Shown piece by piece: positions 54,038-64,000 of a stretch of 64,000 nt of DNA (within the stretch, counting starts at the first letter, position 1; each line of letters starts with the position of its first letter). Source of the stretch: Octopus vulgaris (Eukaryota); the NCBI GenBank assembly GCA_951406725.2, contig OX597827.1:82894001-82958000 (forward strand), read 5' to 3'. The notes under the pieces were generated by a model. The model was not told where the DNA came from, searched no databases, and was given only the letters and a program-made list of their open reading frames with translations. The translations under genes and the position numbers were made by a program.

Positions 54038-55322
54038 ATCTATGTTTATATTTATGGTTAACAGTTTTTCTTTTACTCGTGTCTCATTGACTACTCAACT
54101 GTGTCCAAGTTTTGTGTTTTTTCATTTTAGATAATTTTCTTCTTCTTGGATTCTTTTTACCTGTTTTGAACAAAAGAGTTCCTAATTTCGCATTTAATGT
54201 TTCTTGATTTTCAGAGTCTCATTCTCAAGAATTCAATATGTTTGGCATCCGTGTTGTTTCTATAACATTGGTTGAATCCCAGTAGAGTTCCCCACAACAA
54301 ACAAATCAACATGCGACTGCTGAGGTATGGAGCTAAGGGTCAAAAGATCTTTGGCAGGAAACTCTATATGAAGGCAAAGTGTGGCTGTGTGGTAAGATGC
54401 TTTCTTCCCAGCCACACGGTCCTTGGTTCAATTCCACTGCCTGGCACCTTGGGCAGGTGTCTTCTACTATAGCCCCAGTCTGACTAAAAGCTTGGATTTG
54501 GCAGACGGAAACTGAAAGAAATCCATTGTATGTATGTGTTTGCGTGTGTGTGTGTGTGTGTGTATGTGTGGTGTGTGTGTGTGTGTGTGTGTCCGCCGAG
54601 GTTGACTTTGCCTTTCATCCTTTTGAGGTCGATAAATTAAGTACCAGTTGCGAACTGGGATTGATTTAATCGACTGGCCCCCTCCCCCAAAATTTTGGGC
54701 CTTGTGCCTAGAGTAGAAAAGTATATATATGCATATGTGTATACATATGTATATACACACTCATGTACATAGATATTTTGATCGCTTGATGTATCCCTGG
54801 CCAGTCTCCATCTGTGACCCTGGCCCTGCCACCACCACCCTGCCACCCCAGCATGGGTTCTGGTTTCTCAGGCATGTGCTTGAATTACTGTCTCTGCTAG
54901 AAATAGCAGCTAGATCTCCTTCAAATCTACTATCTTGAATAAGCAAAGAAGGGTACATGGAATAATGTAGCTCTTGTCATACTCCTAAAATGTTGGGAAG
55001 GTCACAGCTGGAACCTTATTGATCCAGGGTGACCTTGATTATCTTTGCCCTAGGGTTAAACAGCAACAATATTAATACACTGAGGTGTTCCGTAAAAGAT
55101 AGGACAGGTAAACTAGCTTATGTCAGTTGTGAGGGGTGTATAAAGAAAAAAACGATGTATAAAGTATTGAGGGGTGTATAAAAGAGTGACAGGTGTAGGA
55201 AGATTATACTCACGATCGTGATCATGGTGATGCTGATGGTTTCCATGGTTACAATTTCCTGAAATTAAAGAATACAATAACACTGTCTCAGAAGATCATC
55301 ATTTTTATATTTATCATTCAAC

Positions 55323-55375
<53 letters not shown>

Positions 55376-55395
55376 CATACATGCATATAATAATA

Positions 55396-55435
<40 letters not shown>

Positions 55436-55785
55436 TGTGTACAGTGCTCAGGTGCACTACAACTCATCTAAAGTGTATATATAATCAGGTGTAGTTTCGG
55501 TGGATTTCGGAAAGCATGAGGGCCTTAAAGGATGCAGTGTCATGGCAGTCAACAACTGACACAGGCAGTTTATTCCATGCTTCAGCAACTCTGAGCGTGA
55601 AAAAATGTTTCCGAAAGTCATGGGAGCTGTGTTGTTTTCTGACTTTGTAGGCATGTCCACGTGTGTTGGACACATGGAGATCAAACACGATTAGAGGTTA
55701 TGTTAACCTCATAACTGATAATGATTGATTTGTTGTTAATAATAAATATTTATCAACTTCACAATCTCCATTTTCTTTTTCCTCC

Positions 55786-55824
<39 letters not shown>

Positions 55825-57338
55825 TAGAAGAAATGAGGTACTCAGAAATCTGGATGGTTTTATATTTACAGATATTTATTAGTATGTTACATGTTCTTAT
55901 AAATCATATATCATATATTAGAGCTTTTGTCCATTCTAGTGGGAAGACCCCACTCCTTACATGCTTTTCAGGTTTCAGTAAAACACAGAACCAATCCATG
56001 ACCAATGGAATTCTGGCTTTGTTGACCAAAATGACCAATTAACATTGTAAAGGTATAAAGTAAGAGGACCAAATGGACCCCTATTACCTGTGGTTTACAG
56101 ACAATTTCAGAGCTACTTAACCACCTGAAGATAACTGCTAGGGTTCAGTGAACTAGTTGCTAGGGGTCTGTTCAGGTGGTTGCTAGGGGTTTATTCAACT
56201 GGTTGCTGGAGCACAAAGATAAATGTCTTACCTTCGTGTTGATGGTGATCATGATGGGTGTGTCCATCATCTGGAACTGGTGAAACAAATGTAGAATATT
56301 TTTAATAAGAGAGGAAACAATAGTGTGTGTATGTGTGTGTGTGAATGTGCGTGTGTGTGTGAATGTGCGTGTGTGTGTGAATGTGCGTGTGTGTGTGAAT
56401 GTGCGTGTGTGTGTGAATGTGCGTGTGTGTGCATGCATATCTATGTATGAACATGTGTGTATGTGTATGAATGTATGTGTGTGAGAATGTGTGTGTGAAC
56501 ATGCGTGTGTGTGAATATGTGTGTGCATACGTGTGTATGTGTATGAATGTGTGTGTGTGTGTTTGTGAGTGTGTGTGTGTATGTGAATATGCATGTGAAT
56601 GTGTTTATGTGTGTGTGTGTGAATGTGTGTGTGCATGCATATATGTGTATGAATGTATGTGTGTCAGAATGTGCGTTGAACGTGTGTGTGTGAATGTGTG
56701 TGTGCATGCGTGTGTATGTGTATGAATGAGTGTGTGTGTTTGTGAGTGAGTGTGTGTGTATGTGAATATGTGTGCGAATGTGTTTGTGTGTATGTGAGTG
56801 TGTGTGCAAGAATATGTGTGTGCATGCGCACGTGTGTGTATGAATGTGTGTGTGTGTGTGTGTGTGTGCACACACCCATAAACCCCTAATATTGACCTAA
56901 GCATCACCCTAATGTTAGTCAGAAGGGAGAGGTCTGCTGAGAAGACATTCAAGTTTGGAAAGTGTAAGGAATATGACATTGGAATGATTATGCATCATCT
57001 TGGATTTCCCATTTCCATGGCAACGGGTCAGTGAGACAAACAGACAGACAAATATAAGCAGAGACAGGAAGACACAGAGTGACGTAGACAAACTGATAGG
57101 GATGTGTGTGTGTATAAGTATAGGTATGTTTTTTACTTGTTTCAGTCATTTGACTGTGGCCATGCTGGAGCACCGACTTTTGTCAAGCAAATCAACCCCA
57201 GGACTTATTCTTTGTAAGCCTAGTACTTATTCTATTGGTCTCTTTTGCTGAACTGCTAAGTTACAGGGACATAAACACACCAGCATCAGTTGTCAAACGA
57301 TGTTGGGGGGGACAAACACAGACATACAAACACACACA

Positions 57339-57382
<44 letters not shown>

Positions 57383-57545
57383 TACAACAGGCTTCTTTCA
57401 GTTTCTGTCTACCAAACCCACTCACAAGGCTTTGGCCAGCCTGAGGCTATAGTAGAAGACATTTGCCCAAGGTGCCACACAGTGGGACTGAACCCGGATC
57501 AATGTTGTTGGTAAGCAAACTACTTAACACACAGCCACTCCTGCG

Positions 57546-57613
<68 letters not shown>

Positions 57614-57631
57614 CATAAATATATGCACATG

Positions 57632-57674
<43 letters not shown>

Positions 57675-58134
57675 ATTATCATTAAAATTATAACTTAGGG
57701 TATCTACAAGATACCACCATGCTGAAAATAGCAGCCAGGATCTGACTCTAAAACCACCTTAAGTGTTCATATAGTAAGTGTTCCTTGTGCTATATGAACA
57801 CTTAAGGTGGTTTTAGAGTCAGATCCTGGCTGCTATTTTCAGCATGGCGGTATCTCGTAGTTATAATTTTAATAATAATTATTACCTTTGAAGGTTTTTA
57901 TTTCCATGCTGGCCACTTGATAAGATCGTTATTTAATTTAAATTAACGATCTTATCCTTATTTATATATATATATATAACAATGGAACAAAAACGCAATA
58001 GAGGACAATAAAACATTCGGACAGCCAGATGATACAACGGCAGACAAGAGAAACAAGAATTAGAAGGACTGGCAAAAAAAGACAGCTCATTCTTGGCTTT
58101 CTCTCCTCAGTCAAGTTCCAGAAGTCACGACCAT

Positions 58135-58165
<31 letters not shown>

Positions 58166-58422
58166 ATATATATTTGGGGATCACCTTCGCTCTCCTGTGT
58201 GACTCTTCTGTCCGGTAGTTGCCATGATAGATCGTTAGCCACTACACACATTTTTTTCTCTCCTGTTTCTCTCCTTGTTTCTTTCTGTGTTCCTTTCTGT
58301 AGAAGAGCGTAGGCTCGAAATATAAAAGACTTTTTCAATTCCTGAGCGTTAAACTAATACATCTGTTTGTTGTCTACACCACCTGTCTTCATCATTTGTT
58401 TCTTTCGTGAATTCTCCCCCCT

Positions 58423-58470
<48 letters not shown>

Positions 58471-58845
58471 ACATATATATATCATCATCATCATTTAACG
58501 TCCGTTTTCCATGCTAGCATGGGTTGGATGGTTCGACCAGGGTCTGGTAAGCCATGGAGGCTACACCAGGCTCCAGTCTGATTTGGCAGTGTTTCTACAG
58601 CTGGATGTTCTTCCTAACGCCAACCACTCCGTGAGTGTAGTGGGTGTCTTTTACGTGCCACCGGCACAGGAGCCAGCGCAGGCTGGCAAATTGCGATGAT
58701 CGGTTGGTGCTTTTAGGTGCCACCGACATGGATGCCAGTCAGGTGATGCTAGTATATATATATATATATATATGTATATGTATATGTATTTATTTATGTA
58801 TATGTATATAATGAACTTCTTGTATAAAGTGCTCAGGTGCACTAC

Positions 58846-58886
<41 letters not shown>

Positions 58887-59445
58887 CATGATTACATCTA
58901 AAAGTTGTACTTACGAGGACCAGACTGAACTGTAAAAAGAATAAAAAAGAAAAGGTAAATAAAAATTAACAACAACAACAAAAACGACAGCCACAACCAT
59001 AGGGTCAGAAATTAGGGTGCAGGGGTTGCAAGTGCACTCCCTAAATTTTGCTGGGTGGTGGGCATGGCAATGAAAGTGCTTCAAACATCCTAGGTTAGAC
59101 CTAGATTTGAACCCCTAAGCAAATTTCATTCCTGCACATATAGCCACACAACAGTATTTCTAGCATTAGAAGAAAGTCATAGATTGAAGGGAAGGGTTTC
59201 ACTGATTATTTGAAACCCCTAAGACACCACTGGTACTTTATTCCATCGACTCCCTAGAAAGATGAAAGCAATATTGTCCTCAGCAGAATTTGAACTTGTC
59301 TCAGCCTCAAACACTTCTGCTAATCCAACACTCAGACAAGAACAACAACGACATTTCTTTATTTTTGCCAGAAGGGCAATGGATGAGGGGACATTACCAT
59401 AACAAATTGCAAACAATTTTAGGTTCATCACCATCACCATCATTG

Positions 59446-59476
<31 letters not shown>

Positions 59477-59533
59477 TTAATGCCTGTCTTCGTTGCTCGC
59501 ATGGGTTAAAATGTTTGGCACAAGTTGAACAGA

Positions 59534-59583
<50 letters not shown>

Positions 59584-60236
59584 GAGAAAAGGAGAAACTT
59601 TCAAAATACAACGACCTGGAAATAGAGGTAACCAGAATGTGGAATCTAAAAACAGAAACAATCTCTATCATAGTAGGTGCATTAGGCATGATAAAAAAAT
59701 AATCAGACAAATACATAACAAAAACACCAGGACTTACAAACACATATAACATACAGAAAATTGCACTACTAGGCACTGCACACATCCTATGCAGAACACT
59801 TTCCATACAATAACCATCAGAGCATCACAACAAACCACAGCACATACCCAAGGCACACAGAGCTGTGCTCGGTTGTGAAGTGAAAGCACGACATAAAAAT
59901 AAAACTACGGAATAATAATAATAATTCTTTCTACTGGAAGCACAAAGCCTCGAAATTGAGGGGAGGGATTAAGTTGATTACATCAACCCCAGTGTGTAAC
60001 TGGTACTTATTTAATCAACCCCGAAAGGATGAAAGGCAAAGTCGACCTCAGTGGAATTTGAACCCAGAACATGAAGGCAGGTGAAATGCCACTATGCATT
60101 TCACCTGGCATGCTAACTATTCTGTTAGCTGGTTGCCTTAATAATAATAATGATAATAGACTGAAAGGGGGAGCTCCAGCATGGTCTCAGCCTCTGGTTG
60201 AAACCAGGAAAAGATGAAAGATAAAAAGATATATAT

Positions 60237-60297
<61 letters not shown>

Positions 60298-60337
60298 TCA
60301 TCATCATTTAGCGTCTGCTTTCCATGCTAGCATGGGT

Positions 60338-60376
<39 letters not shown>

Positions 60377-61019
60377 TTTGTGCTGGTTTAGTCATGTGAT
60401 GTGTATGGATGTAGACAGTTGCGTGCAGAAGTGTTGATCACTTAAAGTGGATGGAATTTGTAGAAGAGGGAGACCCAGGAGGACAGGAGGTGAAGTATTG
60501 AAGGCTGATCTCAAAACACTGAGCCTGACGAAGGAGATGACTAAGGACTGAGCAGCTTACTTTACTCAAAAAGACCCACCCACCACAGCAGGGTGCCACA
60601 TGAAAAACACATACTGGTACCATATATAAAGTGCCCAGCACACTTTGCAGGGTGGTTGCTATTAGGAAGGGCACTCAGCCATAGAAACAATGCCAGAACA
60701 GACAATGGTGTGGCCCCTAGCCTTACCAGCACTGGTCAAATCATCTGACCATGCTAGTATGGGTTAAACGATGATATATATATATAACTTAACCATTCAA
60801 TAAATCGAGATCAATAAATAATATATGAAACATTCAGAGTGAGATGAACAAGATTGAATAAAACATATGAAGGCAGTGCCCCAGTATGGGCTTAGCCTAA
60901 TGACTGAAGCAGTAAATTTAAACTTGAGATGAAATAAAGTTTGAGGTGTTAAGGCTCTTCTTACCTCCGACAATCAGGGCAAAAGCCACAAGGAACACAA
61001 GAGCAGCTGTTAGTCTCAT
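53341..61019 (-). CDS. Six-exon gene for a secreted histidine-rich peptide, 66 aa: [66 protein letters not shown]
   Basis: join(61019-60965, 58929-58915, 56276-56232, 55258-55214, 53778-53758, 53360-53341) = 201 nt, open throughout. All introns are GT(A/G)AG...pyrimidine-rich-CAG and phase 1; N-terminus is a signal peptide. Confidence 0.85.
53758..53778 (-). CDS. Exon 5, 21-nt microexon (HESHHQG)
   Basis: aaatattttcAG|ATGAGTCACACCATCAAGGAG|GTAAGG. Confidence 0.85.
54372..54722 (+). mobile_element. SINE family A 5' part fused to SINE family B 3' part (intronic)
   Basis: gtgtggctgtgtggtaag...ggttcaattccactgcctggcaccttgggcagg...(TG)n, then ccgccgaggttgactttgcctttcatcc. Confidence 0.8.
55214..55258 (-). 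CDS. Exon 4, 45 nt ([15 protein letters not shown])
   Basis: tctttaatttcAG|GAAATTGT...CACGATC|GTGAGT. Confidence 0.85.
55388..55690 (-). mobile_element. CR1-clade LINE 3' fragment with (TTA)n tail (intronic)
   Basis: [11 protein letters not shown]...[22 protein letters not shown]....SFK, the CR1 ORF2 C-terminal motif. Confidence 0.85.
56232..56276 (-). CDS. Exon 3, 45 nt ([15 protein letters not shown])
   Basis: tttgtttcaccAG|TTCCAGATGATGG...CACGAAG|GTAAGA; alternative in-frame acceptor 6 nt further in. Confidence 0.85.
57132..57548 (-). mobile_element. tRNA-derived SINE family A, full length (intronic)
   Basis: Minus strand AGGCGCAGGAGTGGCTGTGTG...GGGTTCAGTCCC (B-box), CTTGGGCAA core, internal (TA)n, tail cagtcaaatgactgaaacaagtaaaa. 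Confidence 0.9.
57673..57880. repeat. Near-perfect ~70-90-bp-arm inverted repeat inside (TA)n
   Basis: catgctgaaaatagcagccaggatctgactctaaaaccaccttaagtgttcatatag / ctatatgaacacttaaggtggttttagagtcagatcctggctgctattttcagcatg. Confidence 0.9.
58482..58750 (-). mobile_element. RTE-tail repeat (intronic)
   Basis: catcatttaacgtccgttttccatgctagcatgggttggatgg... Confidence 0.8.
58915..58929 (-). CDS. Exon 2, 15-nt microexon (VQSGP)
   Basis: ttttcttttttattctttttacAG|TTCAGTCTGGTCCTC|GTAAGT; supplies the probable signal-peptidase site VQS/GP. Confidence 0.8.
59581..59925 (+). mobile_element. R4/Dong-like LINE 3' end inserted in (TAA)n
   Basis: [43 protein letters not shown]....[17 protein letters not shown]; (TAA)n on both sides. 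Confidence 0.8.
59926..60137 (-). mobile_element. SINE family B
   Basis: ccccgaaaggatgaaaggcaaagtcgacctcagtggaatttgaacc. Confidence 0.8.
60378..60775 (+). mobile_element. RTE LINE 3' fragment (ORF C-terminus and 3' UTR)
   Basis: [56 protein letters not shown] followed by the RTE-tail sequence. Confidence 0.8.
60965..61019 (-). CDS. Exon 1 coding part (signal peptide [18 protein letters not shown])
   Basis: ATG at 61019; donor GAG|GTAAGA. Confidence 0.85.
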
Positions 61020-61069
61020 TCTAGCTGTTGCTCTCTTCTCAATAATACCAATTCCATAGAGAAGGCACC

Positions 61070-61078
61070 ATATATATG
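61070..61078 (-). promoter_or_regulatory. Possible TATA box of the His-rich peptide gene
   Basis: TATATA-type motif ~50-60 nt upstream of the ATG, at the edge of a microsatellite. Confidence 0.35.
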
Positions 61079-61949
61079 TGTGGTGTGTGTGTGTGTGTGT
61101 GTGTAATGTATGTATGTATGCATGTATGCATGTATGTATGTATGTATGCATGTATGTATGTATGTATGTGTGTGTGTATGTATGTATGTGTGTGTGTATG
61201 TATGTATGTGTCTGTATGTATGTATGTCTGTATGTGTGTATGTATGTGTGTGTGTGTATGTATGTATGTATGTATGTATGTATGTGTGTGTGTGTGTGTG
61301 TATGTATGGTGCTCCATCTCCCCTCTGTCACCTCCTTGTGTCAAATTTCACAAAGACAAAAACAAAATGGATTTTAGTCTACACAGAACAGAGATTAACC
61401 TTTCACCTTGTTTGTCCTGACATCGTCCTACATTTACGGTCTTTCATTGATGATTCACTTTGGACATGACACCTCAGACTGTTTCAGTTAATGGCTTCAC
61501 CATAATGTAAACCATTTCATTGTACAGATGGGAAATGGCAGAGTTTTGCTGTTAAGAAGATCATTTCAAAATTTCTCACAGAACCCTTGGACAAATGTAA
61601 TCAACTCTAGCAGCAAATTGACCAATGACTTGGGAACACAATTTTGTAGATGGAAACTGTGTGGAAGCCTTCTCATCATCATTTAATATCTCTTTCACAT
61701 CTCATTCGAATGCCTTCATTATTACTATCCCCATCATGTCCGCCAAAAGCCGTTGTTTTATTATTATTGGCTTCCAGCTCTATTCTACATAATTGTACCT
61801 TTGAGCTTTGGAAGCTGTCGCTTACAGAAATCCTTAATAACCTTGACACAATCTTGGTTCTCTCCTACTTCCTTTCCATAACCTGAACTTGCTAACCACC
61901 AGCCTTTGTTAAAACACGCACCTTACTAGGAATCAGCTCACAAACTACC

Positions 61950-62428
61950 AAACTACTAGAGTCAGAAAAATGTAAGATTTTGAGGGACTTGCCTATTCAA
62001 ACGGGCAAGACATTAGTAAATAATAGACCAGACATAACAATTATAGATAAGGAAAAGCAAACTTGCTTCCTGATCGACCCATCATACCTGTTTGATTCCA
62101 GGATTGTAAAGAAAGAAGAAAAACAAAAACATGCAATCCCTTAAAATTTGAAATAGGAAGAATTTGGAGCATGAGAACAGTAAAGGTTGTGCCTATAATA
62201 ATTGGTGTGTTGGGGGACAGTAAGCAAAAATGGGTGAAGGAGATTGGAATAGAATGCCCCAGTAGGGCTCCAACAGAAAGTTTGTCTCTTAGGGACAGCA
62301 AGGATTATCAGGAAGGGTCTAAGCACTTGGAAGACTGTTGAAAACTTGTGGATACCTAAGGTTACAGGTAGTATTCCGCTGCCCAGATAAATCCTACCAG
62401 GAATAAGACCGAACCGGAGCTAGACCAA

Positions 62429-62480
<52 letters not shown>
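61950..62480 (+). mobile_element. R4/Dong-like LINE 3' fragment (restriction-like endonuclease) with (TAA)n tail
   Basis: ESEKCKILRDLPIQT...NRPDITIIDKEKQTCFLID...LKFEIGRIW..VKVVPIIIGVLG...QKVCLLGTARII. Confidence 0.8.
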
Positions 62481-62481
<1 letters not shown>

Positions 62482-62849
62482 TGATGATGATGATGATAAT
62501 GATAATAACTAGGATAAGGGAACAATACAAAGATGGACATAAAGTGGGGCGGGGCAGTTACATATAATGAAATGATAAAATAATAAGAAAAAAGCATAAG
62601 TATACAATGAAAAGGAAGGGACATGTATATAGAATAGAAAGGTTTAAAAAATGTGGGTGGGGAGAGGGTGATAGAGATGTGGCCCTTCTGATAGAGGATG
62701 ACTTCTAGGGATAACCGAGGAACCCCATTGTCCGAGATTTCCCTGAACACCAAGGGCAAGTGGCCTCTCCAACTCATAAGTTTACACTTAGAAGGATACT
62801 GAACTCATCTCAAAAAATCGCATCAGTCGGATACTTCCAGTAGTCCGAC

Positions 62850-63510
62850 ACAGTTTTAGCATCATTAAGGGGAATCTTATGGAACTCCAGTGCCAGGACA
62901 GGAAGACAAGAAAACTATTAAACATCTAAGAACATGCACCACCCAAAAGGAGAGGCTGATTGTCTGTGCCTACCTAGAAGTAATGGGGAAAGAGGAAAGA
63001 TGCAGGTAGAACTGTATTGTAAGACCTCCACAATAGCAATGAAGAGGTACTTATGTAGGAGAGAGGACTGGATGCTGCAGCATTTTGGTGCAAACATGAA
63101 AGCAACAAAAAGTCACATTCTACTGTCGAGGAAAACTGCAAATTAGCAAGGGAACTTGGCATTAACCCTGAATTAGATGAAGAACCTGAAACCACTATCA
63201 TGAAAAAGGCAAAACAGATCAAACAGACTGCTAAAAAGAATGAGCGAAAATAAATTGAGGAGTGGTGGAGCCAGAAGCCTCTTCATGGACAGTATGTACT
63301 TTGAAGTTGAAATGCTGATGTAGATCAAGAAACAACCCATCGGTGGCTGAGAAGTTCAGGACTGAAGGTTTCGTATTGGCAGCACAAGACCAAATTTTGC
63401 TTACCAAAAACTATCTGACTAATATTCTTCAAACCGGCTCTGATGCTAAATGCAGATTCTTCAACACATTTGATGAAACAACAAACCATCTCGTTTTGGG
63501 ATGTACATTG
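62850..63510 (+). mobile_element. R4/Dong-like LINE fragment (post-RT region and CCHC zinc knuckle)
   Basis: DRKTRKLL, MHHPK..D.L.LPR..G.RG, KPLHGQY, TEGFVLAAQDQ.L.TKNY, CRF....ET..HLVLGC. Confidence 0.8.
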
Positions 63511-63577
63511 GTGCACATATATATGTATGTGTGTGTGTGTATGTGTGTGTGTGTATGTGTGTGTGTGTGTGTGTATA

Positions 63578-63812
63578 CATCATCATCATCATAATCATTT
63601 AATGTCCATTTTTCCTGCTGGCATGGATTGGTTTAACAGCAAGTAGCAATGTTATGGTCTGCACCAGATTCCGTAGTCTGCTTTGGGTCAGCTTCTCTGG
63701 TTAGGGTTGCTTTCTGGATGCCCTTCTGAATGCCAAACACTGTATTGTGTACTTTTTATGTGCTGCCTTGATTTCGGGATATTAATTCTGTTATTTTGGG
63801 CAGGTCTTCTTG
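63578..63812 (-). mobile_element. Degenerate RTE-tail repeat
   Basis: catcatcatc...tttaatgtccatttt...ctggatgcccttctgaatgcc. Confidence 0.65.
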
Positions 63813-64000
63813 AGTTTACATATAAATAGATATGTCTAAAGACATTTCATTTTATTTCATTGACATTTATCTCTAACTGGATGGAGGACCCTTTTTTTTG
63901 TTGATCTTACCTTAATGGAAAAGTAAACTGTGTGGGGGTGGGGTGAGTATGTGTGTCTGTGTGTGAAGAGCTGTTCTACACACACACACACACACACATT

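Overview
AT-rich, repeat-dense eukaryotic DNA. The tRNA-derived SINEs, RTE-type tails and very abundant (TA)n/(CA)n/(AAT)n/(GAT)n microsatellites suggest a cephalopod (Octopus-like) genome; this is an inference. The only convincing host gene is missed by the ORF track: a six-exon minus-strand micro-exon gene (61019->53341, all introns GT-AG and phase 1) encoding a 66-aa secreted, His-rich peptide. Just downstream lies a ~14.6 kb array of a 44-bp unit (~330 copies, 37960-52515). The unit derives from the C-terminal coding segment of an RTE LINE, carries a hairpin, and shows higher-order duplications. Other content: a young 5'-truncated Naiad-type Penelope-like element with an inverted pLTR and hammerhead ribozymes (29291-34009), more Penelope remnants, a decayed full-length Chapaev3-like DNA transposon, mariner/Tc1 pieces and MITEs, fragments of Gypsy, CR1, RTE and R4/Dong elements, and many SINEs. 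All family assignments come from motif recognition by eye, not database searches.
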